Source: an uncultured Gammaproteobacteria bacterium
Lineage (GTDB): Bacteria; Patescibacteriota; Microgenomatia; Levybacterales; UBA12049
Length of the DNA: 64,000 nt
Direction: 5' to 3'
Assembly: GCA_964562445.1 (NCBI GenBank)
Contig: CAZLSZ010000001.1
Location: forward strand, 10,755 to 74,754
Position numbers and translations under genes: made by a program. The notes below the pieces were generated by a model. That model was not told the origin of the DNA and made no database searches. It saw only the letters and a program-made list of their open reading frames with translations. This document shows positions 27,160 to 35,563 of this stretch, in pieces. The stretch's first letter is position 1. Every line of letters starts with the position of its first letter.

Positions 27160-29562
27160 GTGGAAGGTGGAGAGCAAAAAGGCAATGCCCTCAAAAATGT
27201 AAAAGAGGGAGAAGATAATGATTATGGAAAAATGAGAGGTAAAATCAGTAGTTTAATAGACAAAGGTGCGAATATAGTTAATAGTATTAAAGATAAATTG
27301 AGTAGAGGTGAAGAAGATAGTGGAAATGTAGGAGGGGTAAAAAATAATAAAGAATCTTCCGTTACACCGAAAGCTGTTGAAGAGGTCTCTCCTCAATTTG
27401 AAGAATTTAATGCAGAGCATAGGGTAGATGAAGAGAAGAATGCGATAGAAGTCAGATCATATGGAGAATCAAATATAGGGGGCAGAGCACGAAATGAAGA
27501 TGCACATGGAACAAAGGGTAAAATCAGCTTTGCTGAGATTGGTGCAAATGGAACGTCAGATTCTGAAAAATATCAAATAATGGCAGAAATGCTGAATAAT
27601 GTAAAATTTGTAAATCCAAAAACGGGTGAAGAAGAATCATTTCAAACTTCAGGGGAATCAATAAAACAATTAGAAGAAAATCTGGGTAGTTATTTAGCGG
27701 AAGGTAAGCTAGGTAGTATTGATTTTGTAGCAGATGGAGCCGGCGGAGAAGGTAATGGTGAAGAAGCTAGTAGTATCGCTGGATTAGGTTTTTCTTATGC
27801 AATTGCTGAGGCAGTATCTCAAGGCGAAGACATTACACAAGATACAGTTCGTGAAGCTGTCATGTACGCACATAATTTAATCGTAGGGTATAACCTCCAA
27901 GATGATAAAAAGAAAGGAGCTTCCACATTTATTGCTTCAGTGACCAATAGTAAGGGGCAAACATATGTCGCTTCAGTAGGTGATTCTCGTGTCTATAAGC
28001 AAGATAGTGAAGGAAATGTTGTTCGAATCACAGAAGATCAGAGTCCTATGGAAGGTTGGGTTCAAAACGAGAGGAAGCAAATAAAAGTTGAAAAAAGAAA
28101 AGAAAATAGAGAATTTCAGTATCATGAATCCTTTACTGATATAGATAAAATTTGGGTTTCAAAACAGCTGGGTGGACGTGTTACAGAAGAATTAAGGGAA
28201 TCAGATATTCAAATATATGGAATGACTGTGGATAACCAAGAAAAATTGTTTTTAGTCTGCGATGGTGTTTGGGAAGGTATAAATCTCGCAGATAAAAATG
28301 TAAATGATGTATTACAAGAAGCCAGTAGAAAATACAAAACAAGCTTAGAACTTAAGGTATCTCCATTATTAGCAAAAAATTTTGCGGATGGGTTTGTGTT
28401 TAAAGAGGTAAATTTAAAAGGGACAGAGGGTATGTCGGCTGAAGAGTTATCCAAACATTTAACACGGCGAGAAGTTGGGGATTGGAGTAGGGATAATGTA
28501 ACAGCTGTGGTGGTAGAGAAAAGTAATAAAGTAATTCAAGAAAACGCGGATGATAAAGATAAAGAAGTAGTCTTTGACGAAATGCACTCTTCAGTATCAA
28601 TTGATGATGATGTAGAGAAAGATAATAATGGCAGTAAAATAAATGGAATAGAAAATTTAACAAAAACAAATGAGTATAAGGGCTGCAGACTTACATGGGA
28701 TAGACCTGAAGATACTGCATTAATGCCATATCATATGAAAGATATGGATGGTGAGTCTGTTCCTTATGTAAGAGCTGAAAGAATTTATAGGGAACTAGAA
28801 AAGTCTCAAATTGTTAATGAAGGTTCTACCCAAATATTATTAGGTTTTGGGTCTCAAGATCGTATACTAGAAATGGATAGATTTTCTTATAGACCTACAG
28901 CTTCTCTCTACTCAATATTTAGTGGATTCGGATGGCAATCTTCTGTCTCTGACTACGCTAAACAAGATTTTGAGTCATTTGTAAGGATGAGTTTGAGAGG
29001 TGGGAGTTCATCTGTTCAGGAAGCGCTTAGTGATTCTTTTACTGGAATGCATGAATATATGCGAAGTCTTAGGAAAATAAATAAGGAATCAGGCAGTTCA
29101 GCTCTTGTAGCATTTGTTACTAATAAAAAATTATATATCGCAAATGCAGGAGATTCTCGTGCAGTTATAGGTTCAGAAGGAAAGGCGATACGATTATCTA
29201 AAGATCATACACCAGATGATCCTGAAGAAAGACAAAGAATTGAATCAACAGGCAAGAAAGTTACTAAAACAGCAGGAGATATATATCGTGTTAATGATGT
29301 ATTGCCTGTATCGAGAGCATTAGGCTATTATGAAGCAGAAGTTAGCCCAGAACCGACCATAAAGACATACGAATTGGAAGGGAAAAAGGAAAGACTAATT
29401 CTTGCATCAAAAACATTATGGAATGTGATGAGTGATCAAGATGCTTTGGATTTAATTAAAGACACCTCTGATAGTAAAAAAGCATCAGAAGTATTGGCTC
29501 AAAAAGCAAAAGAATTGGGGAGTAAAGGAGATATCTCTGTAATCGTGGTAGATTTTAAATAA
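27160..29562 (+). CDS. tandem PP2C-family (PPM) Ser/Thr phosphatase, 800 aa; second domain degenerate at metal-binding Asp positions
   Basis: Domain 1: GGRARNEDAHG, FVADGAGGEG, ASVGDSRVY, LVCDGVWEG, DNVTAVVVE. Domain 2: LVAFVTNKKLYIANAGDSRAV, LSKDHTPDDPEERQRIE, VSRALGYYE, but SKTLWN replaces DGLWD and no DGHGG is present. The track start is a GTG; the frame is open a further 219 nt upstream with no start codon. Confidence 0.8.
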   Translation: MEGGEQKGNALKNVKEGEDNDYGKMRGKISSLIDKGANIVNSIKDKLSRGEEDSGNVGGVKNNKESSVTPKAVEEVSPQFEEFNAEHRVDEEKNAIEVRSYGESNIGGRARNEDAHGTKGKISFAEIGANGTSDSEKYQIMAEMLNNVKFVNPKTGEEESFQTSGESIKQLEENLGSYLAEGKLGSIDFVADGAGGEGNGEEASSIAGLGFSYAIAEAVSQGEDITQDTVREAVMYAHNLIVGYNLQDDKKKGASTFIASVTNSKGQTYVASVGDSRVYKQDSEGNVVRITEDQSPMEGWVQNERKQIKVEKRKENREFQYHESFTDIDKIWVSKQLGGRVTEELRESDIQIYGMTVDNQEKLFLVCDGVWEGINLADKNVNDVLQEASRKYKTSLELKVSPLLAKNFADGFVFKEVNLKGTEGMSAEELSKHLTRREVGDWSRDNVTAVVVEKSNKVIQENADDKDKEVVFDEMHSSVSIDDDVEKDNNGSKINGIENLTKTNEYKGCRLTWDRPEDTALMPYHMKDMDGESVPYVRAERIYRELEKSQIVNEGSTQILLGFGSQDRILEMDRFSYRPTASLYSIFSGFGWQSSVSDYAKQDFESFVRMSLRGGSSSVQEALSDSFTGMHEYMRSLRKINKESGSSALVAFVTNKKLYIANAGDSRAVIGSEGKAIRLSKDHTPDDPEERQRIESTGKKVTKTAGDIYRVNDVLPVSRALGYYEAEVSPEPTIKTYELEGKKERLILASKTLWNVMSDQDALDLIKDTSDSKKASEVLAQKAKELGSKGDISVIVVDFK

Positions 29563-29618
29563 TTTTATATAATTCTCCATAAATATATTATAATGAATGT
29601 GTATTTGGCTCATAGTAT

Positions 29619-29647
29619 TTGATTTCTCCTGTGAACGGGTGTATAAT
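29619..29647 (+). promoter_or_regulatory. sigma70-like promoter TTGATT-17-(TG)TATAAT, 8 nt upstream of the ATG (leaderless)
   Basis: -35 at 29619-24, -10 at 29642-47 preceded by TG, ATG at 29656. Confidence 0.5.
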
Positions 29648-29655
29648 GCTCTCTT

Positions 29656-30171
29656 ATGAAGGAAGGGCAGCCACGATTTATAAAAACAAAACGCACAGTA
29701 GCGGCGGGTGCTGTGGCAGGAGGATTTCTTCTGGGTATTCCGGCAGCCGCGAGTGCTGAAACGCCCCAGCCAACTCCGAGCAAAACCGCTTGCACAATGA
29801 ACGAAATAATTACGCATGAAAAATATAATCAGCCATATAAAACCTGTTATATAAATACTGCTAGCGCAAAAGAAGATAAAGATACTGATGATTTGCTCCC
29901 GTTTCTTTTTCTTGGTTTCTCTTTGGGAGTAGGAGGGCTGGCAACTGGGAAGATTGTACGTTCCAAAAAACAGTTTGAGAATGAATATCTCTATAAAAAA
30001 ACACAGAAACTATCCCCTCAACCCGAGTCATCAGACGATATACATGCAGTAGTGGAGAATTTGAAAAAACAATCGCTCACGGAAAAAGAAGAAAAAGGAT
30101 TTATGAGAAAGAAAAAAATAGATATACGCCTCTTCCTCATCAGTTCTCAACGACTGATTCCGGCATTATGA
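29656..30171 (+). CDS. hypothetical exported/membrane protein (171 aa; signal peptide plus one TM)
   Basis: AAGAVAGGFLLGIPAAASA signal. TM LLPFLFLGFSLGVGGLATG followed by basic residues. Confidence 0.55.
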   Translation: MKEGQPRFIKTKRTVAAGAVAGGFLLGIPAAASAETPQPTPSKTACTMNEIITHEKYNQPYKTCYINTASAKEDKDTDDLLPFLFLGFSLGVGGLATGKIVRSKKQFENEYLYKKTQKLSPQPESSDDIHAVVENLKKQSLTEKEEKGFMRKKKIDIRLFLISSQRLIPAL

Positions 30172-30365
30172 AACAAGTGCTGTATGAGTTGGGAGAGGAA
30201 CGACCATTTGGATCAGAGCTACTGCGGCAGAATCGACGACTGGATACAATACCTACAAAAGTACAACCTGATGTCTGTCGGCAAAAAGCGTATGTAATCA
30301 ACCATAGAAAAGGTGGTCACGAAGAATATACCGTATCTCTCGAAGAACGCGTAGTGATGTTGTAG
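30168..30365 (+). CDS. hypothetical small protein (65 aa), ATGA-coupled to upstream gene
   Basis: The start overlaps the previous stop (ATGA). No motif. Confidence 0.35.
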   Translation: MKQVLYELGEERPFGSELLRQNRRLDTIPTKVQPDVCRQKAYVINHRKGGHEEYTVSLEERVVML

Positions 30366-30369
30366 TTAT

Positions 30370-31017
30370 ATGAAAGAACGAAAAATAGTACAGAGTGCTC
30401 TTGCAGTAGGGCTTACATTGGGAGGTCCGACATTACCGGGGCTGTCTCTAGAGGCAGATCCTCCTACTCCTCATGTCATGCAAAGTACGGACAAAAAATA
30501 TCCTACAAAAGAAGAGGTAGAAGCCCAAATCGCCGAGAGAAATAAGAATGAATTATCGGGACTAGGAGTTGTAAGTTTGCTGAGTGCATGCGTAGTCGGT
30601 TCAGTAATCTACGCCAGACGAAAGTATAATAGATATGAAAGAGAAAAATCATTGTATCTTACCACAGCAGAACCTGTCTATGAGAAAGATGCTGCAATTT
30701 TTTCGCAAAGTCTCTATCGAAATGCCATTCCCAAGAAAGATGTAAAAAGATATGGGAAAGATCTTATGGAACGAGGTGGCAATCCCAAACATGAATTTTC
30801 AACAACCAATAAAGAAGGATTTATCAACGTCGCCAAGTCTGCGGGCATTCCGAATCGAAAAATATATGCAACTGTGTTGAATTATGATACGCTTTTGGAA
30901 GAGAAACCCAATCCCGAATCCGGTACAGTGAAAGCGCTTATTATCCAAGCATTCAATAAAAAAGATCAGACACGCTACGAAACCAAAATAGGGAAGAGAT
31001 TTTATAGAGGAAATTAA
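30370..31017 (+). CDS. hypothetical exported/membrane protein (215 aa; signal peptide plus one TM)
   Basis: ALAVGLTLGGPTLPGLSLEA signal-like. TM VVSLLSACVVGSVIYA then RRKYNRY. Same architecture as the 29656 gene. Confidence 0.55.
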   Translation: MKERKIVQSALAVGLTLGGPTLPGLSLEADPPTPHVMQSTDKKYPTKEEVEAQIAERNKNELSGLGVVSLLSACVVGSVIYARRKYNRYEREKSLYLTTAEPVYEKDAAIFSQSLYRNAIPKKDVKRYGKDLMERGGNPKHEFSTTNKEGFINVAKSAGIPNRKIYATVLNYDTLLEEKPNPESGTVKALIIQAFNKKDQTRYETKIGKRFYRGN

Positions 31018-32171
31018 TTTTTCTTGTTTTGCGCGATAGTAACAGCTTGCATTACCACAGTTCCAAGCGCGATAAGGAAGATAATGCCTGAAATAAGCCA
31101 GCCGAATACAGGAATGAGCGAGATGAGATAGATAACAACCGGTCCGATTATCACTGCTTTCCAATCAAATGTATATTGCTTTTTCTTATCATTCCGTTTG
31201 GTATACCATTCCATTATCCACCATCCGACAAATAGTTTGGCCAATATCCCCGCCAAAATAAGCACCAATCCGTAGAAGAGGAATGCTGCGATACCCAGCA
31301 TAAGAAGTATCAGCATGAGTATTGCTGCGATAGGAAAGAGGATGAGGAATGCAAACCCGATAACGCCATTTTTTACCGGATGCTCTTTCATCTGTCTGAA
31401 TATATCTACCGCGAATCGTCTGAAGAAATACAGGACGAGTAACCCGAGCAGAATATCAACTATGAGCATGTAGAGAGCACCAGATGTAAGAAAACCAGCC
31501 GCAGTTTTATTGTCATCCCCGTCTTCTTTTTGCGGTGTATAAATTGTTTGACCGTTTACTTTGGCGCTGGGGTCAAGTGATGCTTTATTGTCAGAGGTAT
31601 ATTTCAAATCGCCATTAATGACGGCGCGTGAGCCCAATGAGAGTTGTCCTACATATCCTTCTACTCCTTTACCGACAGTATTATTAACAGTTACTTGCCC
31701 TCCTGAGATAAGTACTTTGCCACCGACAGGCGCGTCAAGTTTGAGGGTCCCGCCTGCGAAAAGTACATCTCCGCCTATCTTTGCGTTTGGTGTCACGACG
31801 ACAGTTCCGCCGGTAACGACCAGATCATTTACGATATCACTATCTACGGTGATGTTTCCCCCTGCTACTCTGAGTGAGTTGCCAATTTTGTTTTTGATAG
31901 TGACATTGCCGCCTCCTACCATGACGCTCTGTCCCACAGGACTGTCGATATCGACTTGTCCCGCACCGACGATAGCATCGCTTTGAACGGGAGCGCTGAG
32001 TGATACGGTATCACCGAAAAGATAGATGTTTTTTATGTCAGCAGCATCAGAACTGACGACAATTTGTTCACCGGTGCGTATGTCTGCGGCGGAGGCGTGG
32101 GGAACAGAGACAATAAAAGGAAGGAGAAGGAGGGAAAATCCGAATATGATTCGTTGAATCAGCTTCATATG
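31014..32171 (-). CDS. beta-helical repeat (DUF4097/bactofilin-like) domain protein with signal peptide and C-terminal multi-TM domain
   Basis: Start chosen at ATG 32171 (MKLIQRIIFGFSLLLLPFIVSVPHASA signal peptide). Repeats GGNVTIKNKIGNSLRVAGGNITVDSDIV...GGTVVV...GGTLKL...GGKVLISGGQVTV. Five C-terminal TM helices. Confidence 0.6.
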   Translation of the reverse strand, partial: HMKLIQRIIFGFSLLLLPFIVSVPHASAADIRTGEQIVVSSDAADIKNIYLFGDTVSLSAPVQSDAIVGAGQVDIDSPVGQSVMVGGGNVTIKNKIGNSLRVAGGNITVDSDIVNDLVVTGGTVVVTPNAKIGGDVLFAGGTLKLDAPVGGKVLISGGQVTVNNTVGKGVEGYVGQLSLGSRAVINGDLKYTSDNKASLDPSAKVNGQTIYTPQKEDGDDNKTAAGFLTSGALYMLIVDILLGLLVLYFFRRFAVDIFRQMKEHPVKNGVIGFAFLILFPIAAILMLILLMLGIAAFLFYGLVLILAGILAKLFVGWWIMEWYTKRNDKKKQYTFDWKAVIIGPVVIYLISLIPVFGWLISGIIFLIALGTVVMQAVTIAQNKKN

Positions 32172-32217
32172 CGCAGTGTAGCATAAAATAGAGCAAGTTT
32201 CTAGAGGGTATTGTCTC

Positions 32218-32332
32218 GTCATTCTGGCTCTGTCCAGAATCGATTCTGGAGCCTGCCTGCCGGCAGGCAGGTTCTCACTTCGTTCGTCCCCAGAATGACA
32301 AGAGAGAGATGCTTAAACGAGTTCAGCATGAC
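32218..32332. repeat. nested palindromic intergenic repeat (gtcattctgg..ccagaatgaca inverted repeat enclosing cctgcctgccggcaggcagg; plus gtcatgctgaactcgt in reverse)
   Basis: Outer inverted repeat 32218-27 / 32290-32300, inner 10-bp palindrome at 32252-71, third motif at 32321-32. Near-identical outer element at 37134-37196. Confidence 0.6.
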
Positions 32333-32354
32333 TGCCTTAGTGTCATGATAGTTG

Positions 32355-32831
32355 TTATTCTGCCACGGGGCTGAAAATGAGAGGAACACTTACCTTATCC
32401 GTGTCGCGGCCATCTTTGGGTGAAGCTTGGAAAACTTCAAGAATAAGCTCTGTACCCGGTTTGAGATCATCATTGTCCAGAAGCACACCCGCACGGAAAT
32501 CTCCGAACTCTCCGGCTTCTTGGGCATTGGTCTGGGTATATGTTTGTCCGTATACTTTGCCTGTCAGTTTATTTTTCAACCGGAGAGAAACCATATTCTC
32601 AAAGACCCGTGCTTTTCCTTCTATGATAAGTTTTTGGGTAATGTGCTCATTCATTTTGGGAGATACTACGATAATATTTTGGGATGCGGCGGGAGCTATT
32701 GTCGGCGTAGGACGATAGAAGGGGGTATTTTTGACAATGTCAGGCTGCTGTATCGAGAGTGCCGCCAACAGCAAAACGATTGTCGCGACAGCTGCAATAA
32801 CGAGCCAAACTATCGTTGTTTTATGATTCAT
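32355..32831 (-). CDS. hypothetical membrane-anchored protein with Ig-like (Gmad2/GerMN-like) ectodomain
   Basis: N-terminal TM TIVWLVIAAVATIVLLLAAL. The beta-rich remainder (...KARVFENMVSLRL...GEFGDFRAGVLLD...) resembles GerMN/Gmad2 domains. Confidence 0.5.
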   Translation of the reverse strand: MNHKTTIVWLVIAAVATIVLLLAALSIQQPDIVKNTPFYRPTPTIAPAASQNIIVVSPKMNEHITQKLIIEGKARVFENMVSLRLKNKLTGKVYGQTYTQTNAQEAGEFGDFRAGVLLDNDDLKPGTELILEVFQASPKDGRDTDKVSVPLIFSPVAE

Positions 32832-32905
32832 ATCCTAAAATTACTGTAGCACAAATGTTCCGGTAGTGAAATGGTATAATCATCATACTGCTCAACAATA
32901 CTCGT

Positions 32906-33931
32906 ATGTGGAAAAAAAGTTTATTTATCAGAAATATACAATCGGATAGTTATCTGGAGAATTTTCTTATTTCAGCTGTTGTCAGCGTATTTTTAATCCG
33001 TATCTTCCTAGCAATTACGGACTATCCTATTTTGGGGGCAGGTAATTTGCATATCGCGCATATGTTGTGGGGGGGATTTTTTATGATGGCTGCACTTATC
33101 ACGCTTTTCTCGTTTCTCAGTCAGCGCGCTGCTGCCGTAGCATCTGTGCTGGGTGGGATCGGGTTCGGGGCATTTATTGATGAATTAGGTAAATTCATTA
33201 CGGCAGATAATAATTATTTTTTCCAACCCACTATAGCGCTGATATATATCATATTTGTTTTTATTTTTCTTATTACACGGTTTATTCCACGGTATCATGA
33301 ATTCTCGCAGCGGGAATATCTGGTCAATGCGATTGAAATGATCAAAGAATCTGCGATTGATGACTTTGATGCTGATGAGCGCCGCCGCGCTGAAGAGTAT
33401 TTACGTCAGTGCGATCAGCGTAATGAGATGGTAAAGGCTCTTCAGAAAATGCTGAAAAATAGCGCTATTGCGCCGAGTACTCGCCCCGGGCATTTTACGC
33501 GTCTGCGGCGTAAGCTACGGAGATTATATTATCGTGTCGCGGAATCAGATAGAATCCTTACGGCAATTACCGCCTATCTTGCCGCGTCAACCGCGTGGAC
33601 TTTTTTTAATTCCGTTTTATATTTCTCTCAGCGCGCGTACATGCATTATAGCGATATCGGACAATTATATTCCTCCATGCTGGCAGGATCATTTGTCGTA
33701 ATCGGTCTTTTTGCTCTTAAATTTTCGAGATTTGAAGCGTATCGATATTTCCGCTTCGCGATGCTCACAACTATTCTACTGACAGAATTTTTTTCTCTCA
33801 TGAATCCGGTATGGTATGAAATTTTTACTTTGGGAGCAAATGTTTTTGTTCTTTTGGTTATTAACTACGCGATGATACGAGAACAAAAGAAAGTAAAAAA
33901 CACCAGAGAAGGAGTTGTTGCAAAAAAATAG
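32906..33931 (+). CDS. hypothetical polytopic membrane protein (341 aa)
   Basis: At least six hydrophobic helices. No catalytic motif recognised. Confidence 0.55.
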   Translation: MWKKSLFIRNIQSDSYLENFLISAVVSVFLIRIFLAITDYPILGAGNLHIAHMLWGGFFMMAALITLFSFLSQRAAAVASVLGGIGFGAFIDELGKFITADNNYFFQPTIALIYIIFVFIFLITRFIPRYHEFSQREYLVNAIEMIKESAIDDFDADERRRAEEYLRQCDQRNEMVKALQKMLKNSAIAPSTRPGHFTRLRRKLRRLYYRVAESDRILTAITAYLAASTAWTFFNSVLYFSQRAYMHYSDIGQLYSSMLAGSFVVIGLFALKFSRFEAYRYFRFAMLTTILLTEFFSLMNPVWYEIFTLGANVFVLLVINYAMIREQKKVKNTREGVVAKK

Positions 33932-33954
33932 TAATTATGTTTAAATAATGCTGT

Positions 33955-34132
33955 ATTACGAGTGTCCCGCTTTGCGGGACCGGCAACCCTTCGGCAAGCT
34001 CAGGGTAGACCATTCAATATATTCAAGGTTAATCCTTAAGGACTTCTGCCGTGTCGGGTGCCTCTCTCCGGAAAAATGGAGAAATACGGCCATCGGGCAA
34101 ACAGCATAATCCCTTTGGTAAGGGATTTTTTT
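33955..34132 (+). promoter_or_regulatory. structured 5' leader of metK with intrinsic terminator sequestering the SD (riboswitch candidate, possibly SAM-responsive)
   Basis: GC-rich hairpin gtcccgc-ttt-gcgggac (33964-80). ggcaacc and ggtgcc motifs reminiscent of S-box elements. Terminator aatccctt-tggt-aagggatt plus T6 (34109-34132) ends 1 nt before the ATG and contains the only SD-like AAGGGA. Confidence 0.5.
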
Positions 34133-35245
34133 ATGATAAAAAAATTATTTACATCAGAATCAGTCTGCGCTGGGCATCCCGACAAAATTTGTGATCAAAT
34201 CAGTGATGCGTTGGTGGATGCAGTAATCGCACAGGATCCGCATGCACATACAGGTATTGAAACAGTGGCAGGTGCAAACCAAGTAAGTCTTTTCGGGGAA
34301 ATAAAGTCGAGCGCGTCAGTAGACTACGAAGCAATTGTGCGCAGTACTATTACCAAACTCGGCTACACGGTTGACGCGTGGGGTTTCAGTGATAAGTCTT
34401 CTTTTACCAATTTCATTCATCAGCAGTCTCCTGAAATCGCAATGGGTGTAGATCAGGATGGTGCTGGGGATCAGGGGATGATGTTCGGGTATGCCTGTGA
34501 TGAGTCACCTGAATTAATGCCGATGCCGATTATGCTTGCCCACAGTTTGTCACGCGCTATTGATAATGCACGAGCCGCAAAGAAGCTTACGTGGCTGCGT
34601 CCTGACGGGAAAGCACAGGTCACTGTCCGGTATGATAAAGGAAAAGTGGTTGGGATAGAGAAGCTGGTTGCGGCAGTAGCGCATGATGAGAAAATATCTG
34701 CTGAGGAAGTCCGTGCGGAAGTAATTGCCAAAATATTTATTCCTGTTTTAACAAAGTATGGCATAGCGCTTCCTGCAGATAAAGATATTACGGTTAACGG
34801 TACAGGATTATGGCACATTCCGGGGCCACAGTCTGACGCAGGATTGACGGGGAGAAAAATTGTGGTGGATACCTATGGTGGCTATGCACGCGTGGGGGGT
34901 GGGTGTTTTAGCGGGAAGGATCCGAGTAAGGTTGATCGAAGCGGAGCGTATGCTGCGCGATATATTGCAAAAAATATTGTCGCGGCTGGCCTTGCTAAAC
35001 AGTGCGAAGTAGGTCTTGCATATGTAATCGGGCAGCCCAAGCCGCTGATGAAGACTATCGAGACATTCGGGACCGCTACTGTCAGTGAAAAAGCGCTTGA
35101 GGATTTTCAGGAAAAGCTTATTGATACGTCAGTGAAGGGGATTATTGAATCGCTTGATCTGCTTCGTCCGATATATCTTCAGACAGCCGCGTACGGTCAT
35201 TTCGGCAAAGAACAATTGCCGTGGGAAAAAATAGCCTCAGTATAA
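34133..35245 (+). CDS. metK: S-adenosylmethionine synthetase
   Basis: Start at ATG 34133 (MIKKLFTSESVCAGHPDKICDQISDA). GAGDQGMMFGYA, GGGCFSGKDPSKVDRSGAYAARY. The longer track ORF (34058) would include the terminator. Confidence 0.93.
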   Translation: MIKKLFTSESVCAGHPDKICDQISDALVDAVIAQDPHAHTGIETVAGANQVSLFGEIKSSASVDYEAIVRSTITKLGYTVDAWGFSDKSSFTNFIHQQSPEIAMGVDQDGAGDQGMMFGYACDESPELMPMPIMLAHSLSRAIDNARAAKKLTWLRPDGKAQVTVRYDKGKVVGIEKLVAAVAHDEKISAEEVRAEVIAKIFIPVLTKYGIALPADKDITVNGTGLWHIPGPQSDAGLTGRKIVVDTYGGYARVGGGCFSGKDPSKVDRSGAYAARYIAKNIVAAGLAKQCEVGLAYVIGQPKPLMKTIETFGTATVSEKALEDFQEKLIDTSVKGIIESLDLLRPIYLQTAAYGHFGKEQLPWEKIASV

Positions 35246-35253
35246 TTATGCAG

Positions 35254-35346
35254 TCATCCTGAACTTGTTTCAGGATCTCTTATTGAATTCTTGTACTTTG
35301 CATCGGCAAAGTACCAAAACCCTGCCTGCCGGCAGGCAGGTCTCGA
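35254..35346. repeat. palindromic repeat-family members in the 318-bp convergent spacer (gtcatcctgaacttgtttcaggat; gtactttg..caaagtac; cctgcctgccggcaggcagg)
   Basis: Perfect inverted repeats at 35254-77, 35293-35314 and 35321-40. Further GC-rich palindromes at 35385-35405 (cgggggaag..cttccccc), 35405-19 and 35533-46 (ccgccagctggcgg). Confidence 0.55.
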
Positions 35347-35563
35347 GCTAGTGAAGTCGCGCTAAAATTATTCCATTCGCTTGTCGGGGGAAGTCCTTCC
35401 CCCTGTCGCACAAGGCGACGAATCCCCTTGACGTCTCATTCCATAATTTCTTCACGCGCTTTGTTCACGCGCTCGATAATGGCATATTTTTTGTTTTTAA
35501 TTTTATGTTTTTAGTTATTTGAGATTGCCACTCCGCCAGCTGGCGGATCGCAATGACAGAAGT

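Noticed and set aside
33955-34108. Assigning the metK leader specifically to the SAM-I (S-box) class
   Set aside because: GCAACC and GGUGCC-like blocks are present, but I could not build the P1-P4 four-way junction by eye and the spacing is atypical. I left it as an unclassified riboswitch candidate pending a covariance-model search.
34058-34132. Longer metK start at 34058 proposed by the ORF track
   Set aside because: It would read through the leader's intrinsic terminator and T-tract. Alignment with E. coli MetK supports MIKKLFTSES (34133) as the N-terminus.
20455-35340. Possible CRISPR array suggested by the recurring cctgcctgccggcaggcagg
   Set aside because: The copies are 12-15 kb apart, are themselves palindromes rather than direct repeats separated by 30-40-bp spacers, and no cas genes are adjacent. 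I classed them as REP/MITE-like repeats instead.
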